Shown here one piece after another: positions 38,866 through 50,784 of a stretch of 64,000 nucleotides of DNA; position 1 is the first letter of the stretch, and each line of letters begins with the position of its first letter. The notes below the pieces were generated by a model. It was given only the letters and a program-made list of their open reading frames with translations. It was not told the DNA's origin and ran no database searches. This stretch comes from an uncultured Gemmatimonadales bacterium (lineage in GTDB: Bacteria; Gemmatimonadota; Gemmatimonadetes; Longimicrobiales; RSA9), in contig CAVUKA010000003.1 in NCBI GenBank assembly GCA_963741945.1, positions 480,001-544,000 of the forward strand. The letters run 5' to 3'. A program made the translations under genes and the position numbers.

Positions 38866-39816
38866 ATGGAAGCCATGGACCGGGTGACGGCGGCGGTGGT
38901 GCAGGCGGAGCAGCCGGGTACGCTGGCGGAAGGCGTGGAGCGGGCGGGGGTGCTGGTGGCGGAAGCGGCGAGGCAGGGTGCGACGCTCGTCGTCTTCCCG
39001 GAGACCTGGCTTCCGGGCTACCCGGCCTGGATCGACTACACCCGGGATGCCGGGGTGTGGGACCACGCGCCGGTGAAGGCGGTGTACGCGCGGCTGGTGG
39101 ACGAGAGCGTGGTGGTGGAGGGAAAGGCGGGGGCGGCGCTGTCAGCGCTGGCGAAGAACGCGGGCGTGACACTGGTCATGGGGGCGAGTGAGCGGGTGGC
39201 CTCCGGCCCTGGCCGGGCGACGCTCTACAACGCGCTCCTGGTGTACGGCCCCGACGGCTCGCTGCTGAATCATCACCGGAAGCTCACGCCCACGTACACG
39301 GAGCGCCTGGTCTGGGGCCCCGGGGACGCAGCGGGGCTGAAGGCGGTGGACACACCGGCGGGCCGGCTGGGCGGACTGATCTGCTGGGAGCATTGGAACC
39401 CGCTGGCGCGGCAGGCGTTGCACGACAGTGGGGAGGACGTGCACGTGGCGGTGTGGTCGGCCGTGGTGGGCGTCAACGGGATGCACCAGGAGGCGAGCCG
39501 CTGCTACGCGTTCGAGGGGCGCTGCCACGTGGTGGCGGCGGGCCAGCTCATGCGTGCGGCCTCGCTGCCCGCCGAGCTGGAGCCGAGCCCGGAGAAGGTG
39601 TCGGGGCCGGACCAGTGGCTGCTCCGGGGCGGGAGCGCCATTATCGGACCGGATGGATCGTACCTGGCGGGGCCGCTGTACGACGAGCCGGGTATCCTGG
39701 TGGCGGAGCTGTCGTATCGTCGCAACCGCGAGGAGTCGATGACCCTGGACGTGAGCGGCCATTACCAGCGCCCCGACCTGTTCGAGTTCAGGGTGCGTGA
39801 ACACACGCGCCGGTGA
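38866..39816 (+). CDS. Nitrilase / carbon-nitrogen hydrolase
   Basis: Catalytic triad FPE, HRKLTPT, ICWEH; C-terminal DVSGHYQRPD. Confidence 0.92.
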   Translation: MEAMDRVTAAVVQAEQPGTLAEGVERAGVLVAEAARQGATLVVFPETWLPGYPAWIDYTRDAGVWDHAPVKAVYARLVDESVVVEGKAGAALSALAKNAGVTLVMGASERVASGPGRATLYNALLVYGPDGSLLNHHRKLTPTYTERLVWGPGDAAGLKAVDTPAGRLGGLICWEHWNPLARQALHDSGEDVHVAVWSAVVGVNGMHQEASRCYAFEGRCHVVAAGQLMRAASLPAELEPSPEKVSGPDQWLLRGGSAIIGPDGSYLAGPLYDEPGILVAELSYRRNREESMTLDVSGHYQRPDLFEFRVREHTRR

Positions 39817-39903
39817 CGCGGCGGTGCCGCGGGCGCCGGCGCGTGATCGGATCGCCCGCGGCGCGGGAGCGCGCGAACACCAATCACTGATGGAGGGGAT
39901 CGG

Positions 39904-41682
39904 ATGCGCGGGAGCGTGAAGGGGAGCGTGGCCATCGGCCTGCTTTGTGCCGCCGGGACGTGGGCGTGCACCTTGGAGCGGAACAGACAGGCCATGCCGC
40001 TGGCGGCGGAAGAGGACGAAGCGGCACTGGAGGCGAAAGTGGCGGATTTCGCGCCAGCGGAGATCGCGTTCGATGAAGCGGCGCTGACGGAGTGGGAGAA
40101 GGCGGTGCTGGCCAGGCTGGTGCAGGCGTCTGAGATCATGCACCAGCTGTTCGCGCGCCAGGTCTCGCGTCGGAACCCGGAGTGGCAGGCGCAGGTGGCC
40201 GCGCGGGGGGAGAACGACCCGGCGGCCGTCTACTACGACATCATGGTCGGGCCGTGGGACCGCCAGTCGGAGCAGGCGCCGTTCCTGGACGTGGGTCCGA
40301 AGCCGGCCGGGGCGGGCTACTACCCGGAGGACATGACGAAGGAGGAGTTCAAGGCGTGGCTGGCGGCGCACCCGGACCAGGAAGAGGCGTTCGAGAGCCC
40401 GTTCACCGTCATCGAGCGCCGGGGTGACAGCCTGGTGGCGATTCCGTATTCGGAAGCGTACGGCCCGGAGCTGAAGAAGGCGGCGAAGCTGCTGCGGGAG
40501 GCCGCGTCGCTTTCGCAGAACGCGTCGCTCTCCGACTACCTGAACAGCCGGGCCGAGTCGTTCCTGTCGAACGACTATTACCCGAGCGACATGGCGTGGA
40601 TGGACATCGCCGGAACCAGGATCGAGCCCACGATCGGGCCGTACGAGGTGTACGAGGACAACCTGTTCGGCTACAAGGCGGCGTTCGAGAGCTTCGTAAC
40701 CGTGGCGGACTCCGCCGCAAGTGCGGAGCTCGACCGTCTGAAGGGGGAGCTCCGGATCCTGGAGGAGAACCTGCCGGAGCCGCCGCAGTACCGGAACCTG
40801 GACCGTGGCTTCGAGAGCCCCATGCGCGTGGTGGACGTGGTCTACTCCGCGGGCGACACCCGGGCTGGCGTTCAGACGCTGGCCTTCAACCTCCCCAACG
40901 ACGAGCGGGTGCGCGAATCGAAGGGGTCGAAGAAGGTGATGCTGCGGAACGTGAGCCACGCCAAGTTCGACAAGATCCTCGAGCCGATCGCCCGCCAGGT
41001 GCTCGATCCGGCCATGCTGGACGAGGTGCAGTTCCAGCCGTGGTTCACCAGCTCACTGATGCACGAGCTGGCGCACGGCCTCGGCCCCGGGTTCATCACG
41101 CGTGATGGTGAGCGGATCACGGTGAACCAGGCGCTGCAGGATCGCTACAGCGCCATCGAGGAAGCGAAGGCGGACGTGGTGGGCCTCTACAACCTCACCG
41201 TCCTCCACGAGCGGGGGCTCTACGACGACGACTTCGTCCGGGCCGCGTTCGTCAGCAAGCTCCCGGACCTCTTCCGCGGCGTCCGCTTCGGCGCGGGAGA
41301 GGCGCACGGCAAGGCGAACCTGGTGCAGTTCAACTGGATGCTCGAGCATGGCGCGCTGGCGTTCGATGACGCCGGCAAGATCACGGGAGAGCTGCCCGCC
41401 ATGGAAGCGGCGGTGAAGTCCCTGGCCACGGAGATCCTCACGCTCGAGGCCGAGGGCGACTACGACCGTGCCGGCCGGCTGCTGGACGCCTACGGGCACC
41501 TGACGCCGGAGATCGAGGCGGCCGTCCAGCGCATCGGCGATGTCCCCGTCGACATCCGCCCGGTCTACGAAGTGAAGGACCTGCTCCCCGAGTGGGAGGC
41601 CATCGCCGCGAGGCTCTCCGGCCCCGGGAGCGGTGCGGCCGCCGGCGACGCGGGCGTCGGCCGCGCCCCCGGCGGCGGCTGA
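39904..41682 (+). CDS. Peptidase M49 (dipeptidyl-peptidase III-like) lipoprotein
   Basis: GPYEVYED, AFNLPNDE, HELAHG, EEAKAD. Confidence 0.85.
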   Translation: MRGSVKGSVAIGLLCAAGTWACTLERNRQAMPLAAEEDEAALEAKVADFAPAEIAFDEAALTEWEKAVLARLVQASEIMHQLFARQVSRRNPEWQAQVAARGENDPAAVYYDIMVGPWDRQSEQAPFLDVGPKPAGAGYYPEDMTKEEFKAWLAAHPDQEEAFESPFTVIERRGDSLVAIPYSEAYGPELKKAAKLLREAASLSQNASLSDYLNSRAESFLSNDYYPSDMAWMDIAGTRIEPTIGPYEVYEDNLFGYKAAFESFVTVADSAASAELDRLKGELRILEENLPEPPQYRNLDRGFESPMRVVDVVYSAGDTRAGVQTLAFNLPNDERVRESKGSKKVMLRNVSHAKFDKILEPIARQVLDPAMLDEVQFQPWFTSSLMHELAHGLGPGFITRDGERITVNQALQDRYSAIEEAKADVVGLYNLTVLHERGLYDDDFVRAAFVSKLPDLFRGVRFGAGEAHGKANLVQFNWMLEHGALAFDDAGKITGELPAMEAAVKSLATEILTLEAEGDYDRAGRLLDAYGHLTPEIEAAVQRIGDVPVDIRPVYEVKDLLPEWEAIAARLSGPGSGAAAGDAGVGRAPGGG

Positions 41683-41690
41683 CCCGCATC

Positions 41691-41842
41691 ACGGCGAGAG
41701 CGCGGAGGACGCGGAGGACGCGGAGGACGCGAAGAACTGCGTTTCACGCGAAGATGCGAAGAGCGCGAAGAACTGCGTTTCACGCGAAGCCGCGGAGAGC
41801 GCGAAGAACTGCGTTTCACGCGAAGCCGCGGAGAGCGCGAAG
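41691..41842. repeat. GCGGAG/GCGAAG-family tandem repeat (36-bp unit x3 plus 9-mers)
   Basis: Unit CGCGAAGAACTGCGTTTCACGCGAAGCCGCGGAGAG starting at 41728, 41764 and 41800. Confidence 0.9.
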
Positions 41843-41855
41843 GGGGCGCCGCGGC

Positions 41856-41901
41856 GAAAGAGACCGCCCGGGGGAGCAAGTTCCCCGGGCGGTCTCTTTT
41901 C
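41856..41901. terminator. Intrinsic terminator, probably bidirectional
   Basis: AAAGAGACCGCCCGGGG...CCCCGGGCGGTCTCTTTT between convergent genes. Confidence 0.8.
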
Positions 41902-41943
41902 ATTTCCAGCTCGCGCGCTCCAGACGCGTTGCGCGCGGCTACG

Positions 41944-44055
41944 CTACGCGTGCACCTCTTCCTCGGTCTCCTTCCCGGCCTCGGCGATCACCCGCTCGGC
42001 CACGTGGCTCGGCACTTCCTCGTAGCCGTGCAGCGTGCGGCGGTGCACGGCGCGGCCGTGGCTCATGGAGCGCAGCGTGGTGGCGTACTTGAACAGCTCC
42101 GCCTCGGGGACCAGGGCCTTGATGACCGTCTTCGAGCCCTGGCTGTCCATTCCCTGGATCTTGCCGCGGCGCTGGTTCAGGTCGCCCATGATATCGCCCA
42201 TGAAATCCTCGGGCGTGGTGATCTCCACCTCCATCACCGGCTCGATGAGCACCGGGGCCGCGTCCTTGGCGGCCTTCTTGAAGGCCATGGAGCCGGCCAC
42301 CTGGAACGCGACATCGCTCGAGTCCACGGAGTGGTAGGAGCCGTCGTAGCATTCCGCTTCGAAGTCCACCACCGGGTAGCCGGCCAGGATGCCCCGACCG
42401 GACGCCTCCTGTATCCCCTTGTCGACGCTCGGAATGAACTTGTTCGGGATCGCCCCGCCCGTGATGGAGTCGGTGAACTCGTAGCCGCTGTCGCGGGGGC
42501 GCGGCTTCAGGCGGACATGGCAATCGCCGAACTGGCCGCGGCCGCCCGTCTGCTTCTTGTACCGGCCCTGCGCCGCGGCCTCCTTGCGGATGGTCTCGCG
42601 GTAGCTGATGCGCGGCTGCTCGGTCTCCACCTCCACGCCGTACTTCCGCTTCAGCCGTTCGATCTGCACGTCCAGGTGCAGCTCGCCCAGCCCGCGGATG
42701 ATGGTCTGGCGGATCTCCGGCTCGTACCCGCTCTTGAACGTCGGGTCCTCTTCGTGAAGCCGGGTCAGCCCGGTGCCGATCTTGTCCTCGTCGCTCCGGC
42801 TCGCCGCCCGGATCGCCATGGAGATGTCCGGCTCCGGGAACTGGATCGGCTGGATCACCAGCGGTCGCGATGGGTCGCACAGCGTGTCATTGGTGTGCGT
42901 GTCCTTCAGTTTCGCCACCACGCCCAGGTCACCGGCGTGCAGGCGCTCGACCTCGAGCCGCTCCTTCCCCTGCGCCACGGAGACATGCGTCAGCTTCTCG
43001 GAGCTCTCGCGATTGGGGTTCAGCACCTCACTCCCGTTCCCCATCACCGATCCGCTGAAGATGCGGAAGAAGCTGAGCTCGCCCACGTGCGGCTCGCTCA
43101 TCGTCTTGTAGACCAGAGCGGCGAACGGCTGGTCATCGGCCGCGCGCAGCTCCACCACCTGGTCGATGTTCGGGCGCTGGGCCAGCTCCGTGACCGCGTC
43201 GGCCGGGCTCGGCATCAGCTCCACCAGCTTCTTCAGCAGCGCCCGCGTCCCCCATGTCTTCTGGGGCGCGCCGCAGAACAGCGGGAACACCTCGCCGCGG
43301 AGCATCGCGTTCTTCATCGCTTCCAGCGCCTGCTCACGGTCGATCTCCCCACCTTCCAGGTACGCCTCCAGGAGGGCGTCATCCGTGGTGGCGATCGTCT
43401 CCATCAGCTCCGTACGCCACCGGGCGTACTCCGCCTGCATGTCCTCGGGGACGTCCACCTCGTCGTACTCCCCGCTCGTGCTGTCCGCCTTGTAGATGTG
43501 GGCGCGGCCGCTGAACAGGTTGATGATGCCGCGGAAATCCTCACCAGCGCCGATGGGGATCTCCACGGGGATCACCTTCTCGGTCAGATGCTCCTTTACG
43601 TCGGAGAAGACGCGGTCGAAGTCGACGTTGTCCTTGTCCATCATGGACACGAAAAAAAGTCTGGGAATCCCGCGCTCCTCGCAGTATTCCCAGACTTTCT
43701 CCGTTCCGACCTCGACGCCAGTGGTGGCGCCGAGGACCACTACAGCGCCGTCGCTGACCCGGGTCGCGGCAAGAGCTTCGGCGGTGAAGTCCATGTAGCC
43801 GGGCGTATCGAGGAGGTTGACCTTGGTGCCTTCCCACTCGGCGAACGCCGGCGCGGCCTGCATGGAGATGCCGTGCGAGATCTCCTCCGGCGTGTACATG
43901 GTCAGCGCCGTGCCGTCCCCGACGCTGCCGTGGCGACGCGTGGTCCCGGACACGAAGCAAAGCGCGTCCACCAGCGTCGTCTTCCCGGAGCCGCCGTGCC
44001 CCAGCACGGCGACATTCCGGATCCTTTCCGTGGTGTATTCACTCCCGGTGGCCAT
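41944..44055 (-). CDS. Elongation factor G paralog (EF-G2-like)
   Basis: GHGGSGKTT, DTPGY, GLGELHL, YRETI, KKQTGGRGQFG, DGSYHSVDSS; start taken at MATGSEY. Confidence 0.92.
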   Translation of the reverse strand: MATGSEYTTERIRNVAVLGHGGSGKTTLVDALCFVSGTTRRHGSVGDGTALTMYTPEEISHGISMQAAPAFAEWEGTKVNLLDTPGYMDFTAEALAATRVSDGAVVVLGATTGVEVGTEKVWEYCEERGIPRLFFVSMMDKDNVDFDRVFSDVKEHLTEKVIPVEIPIGAGEDFRGIINLFSGRAHIYKADSTSGEYDEVDVPEDMQAEYARWRTELMETIATTDDALLEAYLEGGEIDREQALEAMKNAMLRGEVFPLFCGAPQKTWGTRALLKKLVELMPSPADAVTELAQRPNIDQVVELRAADDQPFAALVYKTMSEPHVGELSFFRIFSGSVMGNGSEVLNPNRESSEKLTHVSVAQGKERLEVERLHAGDLGVVAKLKDTHTNDTLCDPSRPLVIQPIQFPEPDISMAIRAASRSDEDKIGTGLTRLHEEDPTFKSGYEPEIRQTIIRGLGELHLDVQIERLKRKYGVEVETEQPRISYRETIRKEAAAQGRYKKQTGGRGQFGDCHVRLKPRPRDSGYEFTDSITGGAIPNKFIPSVDKGIQEASGRGILAGYPVVDFEAECYDGSYHSVDSSDVAFQVAGSMAFKKAAKDAAPVLIEPVMEVEITTPEDFMGDIMGDLNQRRGKIQGMDSQGSKTVIKALVPEAELFKYATTLRSMSHGRAVHRRTLHGYEEVPSHVAERVIAEAGKETEEEVHA

Positions 44056-44216
44056 GACCCCTCCCTTCCCAGATGGCCTAGAATCGCGCGGATTGCGGGG
44101 GATCGGATGGTAGGGCCGCGGCAATGCGGGTGTCAATGGCGCAGCGCGGTGAGCATTCCGGAAAATGCCGCTGCGGGGGGCGCCGCCGGGGCACCGGGAC
44201 CCGGGACGCGCGACGC

Positions 44217-45047
44217 TCAGTTCTGGCGGTAGCGCTTGCTGACCTCGTCCAGCGTCCGGAGCTCTTCGGGGGAAAGGCTCTGGAGCCCGGACTTGCTGAT
44301 CTTGTCGAGCACGCGGTCGACCTCGTCCAGGGCGCGGTCCTCGTCCCGGCGACGGGGTCGCCGCGCCGGCCCGCTGCCGCCACCCTGGACCACGTCCGTC
44401 CTGCGTCGGGACACGAACTTCTTCAGCCGCTTGACGCGGCTGGTGAGCTGGCCTTGCGCCTTGAGGTATACGAAGCCGGCAGCGAAGCCGCCGAGGTGGG
44501 CGAAGTGGGCGATGTGGTCACGCCCGCCCCCGCCGAACGTCTGTCCGGCGATGCTGAGGAAGGAGACGGCGAACAGGAACGCCACCAGCCATTTCGCCTT
44601 CACCGGCAGGATGCCCCAGATGTAGATGGGCATGTTCGGCCAGTTCATGGCAAACGCGAGCATCACGCCGTAGATGGCGGCGGAAGCGCCGATGACGCCG
44701 GCATTGAACGCGAACAGGTAGGAGAAGAGCGCGCCTCCGAGCCCGGACACGATGTAGAAGCGCATGAACTCCTTCCCCCCCCACATGCTCTCCAGCGGTG
44801 GGCCGAAGAAGAACAGGACGAGCATGTTGAAGAAGAGGTGGAAGAAGCCGCCGTGGACGAACATGTAGGTGATGATCGTCCACGGCCGCACCAGGGTCAG
44901 GGCGGGGATGAACGCCAGCCACTCGCGTATGGCGGGCACCGCCAGCGACGCCAGCCACACCACCGTATTGGCGATGATGAGGCGGAGCACCCACGGTGTG
45001 ATGCCGAAACCGAAGGAGAGGCCGGTGGATCGATTGCGATAGGCCAT
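44217..45047 (-). CDS. Rhomboid-family intramembrane protease
   Basis: HLFFNML, IGASAA, AHLGG; C-terminal VDRVLDKISKSG domain. Confidence 0.9.
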   Translation of the reverse strand: MAYRNRSTGLSFGFGITPWVLRLIIANTVVWLASLAVPAIREWLAFIPALTLVRPWTIITYMFVHGGFFHLFFNMLVLFFFGPPLESMWGGKEFMRFYIVSGLGGALFSYLFAFNAGVIGASAAIYGVMLAFAMNWPNMPIYIWGILPVKAKWLVAFLFAVSFLSIAGQTFGGGGRDHIAHFAHLGGFAAGFVYLKAQGQLTSRVKRLKKFVSRRRTDVVQGGGSGPARRPRRRDEDRALDEVDRVLDKISKSGLQSLSPEELRTLDEVSKRYRQN

Positions 45048-45053
45048 GGCGGT

Positions 45054-47616
<2,563 letters not shown>

Positions 47617-47620
<4 letters not shown>

Positions 47621-47988
47621 GAGCCCGCTCCCGTGCTCGTCGAGTCGCGACGGAAGCGGACGGGAACCCTGGCCCACATGTCGACCCGGCGATCACCGCG
47701 CCGGCCGGGAGCGAACTTGAGCGCTCGCGCACCGTCGACCGCGGCCGAATCGAACGCGGCCTCCCCGCTGGGCTCCAGCAGGTAAACGCTGTCCACAGCG
47801 CCCATGTTCGTCACGTGCACCATCACCACCGGCTCCCCCTCCACGCCGGCGTCCCACAGCTCGATCGGGTAGCGGAAGGGCGATTCCACGGAGATGGCCT
47901 CGGGGTTGGTGACGGGCTCGTCGCCAGCGCGGCAGGCGGGGAACGCAGCGGCCATGGCCGCGACAACGACCAGCGCCGGCGCTCTCAT
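47617..47988 (-). CDS. Small TonB C-terminal domain lipoprotein
   Basis: YP...GVEG, SG...FDSAA, FAPG...VPVRF. Confidence 0.8.
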
Positions 47989-50600
47989 GCCGGCCCTCCG
48001 CGGGCCTGGTCACGCAGCGCGGCCAGGCGATTGAGCGCTTCCAGTGGCGTGAGGCGCTCGACATCGAGCTCCCGCAGCCGCTCGACCACGGGGTGCTCCG
48101 GCGTGGAGAAGAACGAAAGCTGGTCCGGGGGTGCCGTGCTGGGCGGCCGGCGTCGCCCTCGTCGACCGAGGCCTTCGCCGTGATGCGTGTGGCTCCCCTC
48201 GAGCTCGCCGAGGATCTCCCTGGCCCGCTCCACCACGTCCGGCGGGAGCCCGGCGAGGCGTCCGACCTGGATGCCGTAGGAACGGTCGGCGCCGCCCGGC
48301 TCCAGGCGGCGGAGGAAGACGATGTCATCACCGGTCTCCTTCACCGCCACATTGGCGTTGACCAGCGCGGGGAGGAGGTCGGCGAGCTGTGTCAGCTCGT
48401 GATAGTGCGTGGCGAACACGGTCTTGGCGCCGATCCGTTCGTGGAGGAACTCGGTGACGGCCCAGGCGATGCTGACGCCGTCGTACGTCGCGGTGCCCCG
48501 GCCGATCTCGTCCAGCAGGACGAGGGAGCGGTCGGTGGCGTTGTGCAGGATGGACGCGGTCTCGCTCATCTCCACCATGAACGTGGACTGTCCGCGCACC
48601 AGGTTGTCGGACGCGCCCACGCGTGTGAAGAGGCGATCGCACACGGGGATCCGGGCGGCGTCGGCGGGGACGAACGCGCCCATCTGGGCCAGGAGCTGGA
48701 TCAATCCGATCTGGCGCAGCAGCGTGCTCTTCCCCGCCATGTTGGGCCCGGTGAGGATCATGACGCGCGCGTCGTCGTCGAGCCGGACGTCGTTGGGGAT
48801 GAACTCCTCGGACGGCATCATGGTCTCGACCACGGGGTGCCGCCCGGCGACGATGTCGAGGTCGTAGCCGGTGTGCACTTCCGGGCGCACGTAGCGGCGG
48901 CGCTCGGCCAGGCGGGCGAGCCCGGCAATGACATCGAGCGCGGCCACCGCTCCGGCCGACTCCAGCAGCCGGGGCACGGCGCCGGCCACGTCCCGCCGCA
49001 GCTGCCCGAAGAGCCTCGCCTCCAGGTCGGCGATCCGCTCCTCGGCGCCCAGCACCTTCCCCTCCCACTCGTCCAGCTCCTCCGTGACGAATCGCTCCGA
49101 GTTCACCAGTGTCTGTTTGCGGCGGTACTCCCCGGGGACGCGATCCAGGTTCGCGCGCGTGACCTCGAGGTAATAGCCGAAGACCTTGTTGTATCCCACC
49201 TTGAGCGACCCGATCCCCGTGCGCTCCCGCTCCCGCGCCTGAAGCGACGCGATGAAGTCCCGGGCGCCATCGCGCGTGTCGCGCAGGTCGTCCAGCTCCG
49301 GGTCGAAGCCCGAGCGGATGACGCCGCCATCGGCCAGCGCGGCAGGCGGATCGTCGGCCAGTGCCGCAGCGAGCCTCGCGCGCACATCATCCAGGGGGTC
49401 GAGGCCGTCGCGGAGCGAGGACAGGAGTGGCGAGGTGGCGTCGGCCAGGGCATCCACGACGGCCGGAAGCCGGGCCAGCGAATCGCCCAGCGCCGCGAGC
49501 TCCCGTGGATTCACGCGCCCGGTCCCCACCTTCCCCGCGAGCCGCTCCAGGTCCCTGACCTGCTTCAGCTCGGCGCGCAGGGAGCGACGCAGCGCGGGAC
49601 CGTCCACCAGATCGGCCACCGCCTCCTGGCGGCGCCAGATCGGCTCCGGCGTCACGAGCGGACGGAGGAGCCACCGGCGAAGGAGGCGGGCGCCCATGGC
49701 GGTGACCGTCTCGTCCACCACGTCCAGGAGCGTGGCGGCGGCGCCCGCGGGCGCATCGGCCCGGAGCGGCGTGGTCAGCTCAAGGTTGCGGCGGGTCATG
49801 TCGTCGAGGGCCATGGCCTCTCCCGGGCGCTCGACCCGGGGGCGACGCAGCGCTTCGGCGGACGAGGGCTGCACTTCACGAACGTAGGCGAGGAGTGCGC
49901 CGAGCGCGCCGATCAGAGGCTCATCCCCGTCCTGGAACCCCAGTCCGTCCAGGGTGTGGAGGGCGAAATGCCGGCGAAGCTCCTCGGCGGCGAGATCCGG
50001 GTCGAACAGCCAGTCGGGCCGGCAGGTCACGCTGGCCCCGTCGAACCCCGGGGCGCCCTCGCGGGCGCGAGGCAGGAGAACTTCGGCCGGCTCGAAGCGG
50101 GCGAGCTCCGCCTCCAGCCGCTCCGGGGCCACGCGGGTGCCCAGGAACTCGCCCGTGCTCACGTCCACCGCGGCGAGAGCGGTGTCTCCACCGTCCGCCT
50201 GGAGCACGGCCACCAGCCAGTTGTTGCGCCGCGCGTCCAGGAGCGGGTCGGCCGTGATCGCGCCCGGCGTAACCGTCTCGACCACTTCCCGCCGCACGAT
50301 GTCCGTGGCCTCGGCCGGGTCCTCCACCTGCTCGCAGATCGCGACGCGCCGCCCGAGGCGCACCAGGCGCTCCAGGTATTCGTTCTTCGCCTTGACGGGG
50401 ATCCCCGCGAGAGGGACCCTCGCCGCGCCGCCGTTGTTGCGAGACGTGAGGGTGAGGCCCAGGAGGCGAGCGCCCTCCTCCGCGTCCTCATTGAACATCT
50501 CGTAGAAGTCGCCCACGCGGAAGAAGACGATGGCGTCCGCGTGGCGCGACTTGGCCTCGCGCCACTGGCGCATCAGGGGGGTGTCTTCCTGCTTCGGCAT
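47985..50600 (-). CDS. mutS: DNA mismatch repair protein MutS
   Basis: TPLMRQW, GDFYEMF, GPNMAGKS, GQSTFMVEM, DEIGRGT, FATHYHEL, SYGI. Confidence 0.97.
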   Translation of the reverse strand: MPKQEDTPLMRQWREAKSRHADAIVFFRVGDFYEMFNEDAEEGARLLGLTLTSRNNGGAARVPLAGIPVKAKNEYLERLVRLGRRVAICEQVEDPAEATDIVRREVVETVTPGAITADPLLDARRNNWLVAVLQADGGDTALAAVDVSTGEFLGTRVAPERLEAELARFEPAEVLLPRAREGAPGFDGASVTCRPDWLFDPDLAAEELRRHFALHTLDGLGFQDGDEPLIGALGALLAYVREVQPSSAEALRRPRVERPGEAMALDDMTRRNLELTTPLRADAPAGAAATLLDVVDETVTAMGARLLRRWLLRPLVTPEPIWRRQEAVADLVDGPALRRSLRAELKQVRDLERLAGKVGTGRVNPRELAALGDSLARLPAVVDALADATSPLLSSLRDGLDPLDDVRARLAAALADDPPAALADGGVIRSGFDPELDDLRDTRDGARDFIASLQARERERTGIGSLKVGYNKVFGYYLEVTRANLDRVPGEYRRKQTLVNSERFVTEELDEWEGKVLGAEERIADLEARLFGQLRRDVAGAVPRLLESAGAVAALDVIAGLARLAERRRYVRPEVHTGYDLDIVAGRHPVVETMMPSEEFIPNDVRLDDDARVMILTGPNMAGKSTLLRQIGLIQLLAQMGAFVPADAARIPVCDRLFTRVGASDNLVRGQSTFMVEMSETASILHNATDRSLVLLDEIGRGTATYDGVSIAWAVTEFLHERIGAKTVFATHYHELTQLADLLPALVNANVAVKETGDDIVFLRRLEPGGADRSYGIQVGRLAGLPPDVVERAREILGELEGSHTHHGEGLGRRGRRRPPSTAPPDQLSFFSTPEHPVVERLRELDVERLTPLEALNRLAALRDQARGGPA

Positions 50601-50784
50601 CCGGTTCGGCGTGGTGGCGCGGCATCGGCTCGATCGTGCGGAACGATAGCGGGGCTGCGGCCGTGGCTGCAACCGCCTTGACCTCGCCGGCCGCGGGGCC
50701 TTAGCATCCATCATCACTCGTCGCTCCGACGCAGGAGCAGGCCCCTGCCTGCCCGCGCGGAGCGACCGTGTTCTACCCCCTGGA

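Noticed and set aside
50593-50609. A fifth copy of the TTCGG repeat at the mutS start
   Set aside because: The spacing is N7 rather than N6, and it overlaps the start codon; probably chance
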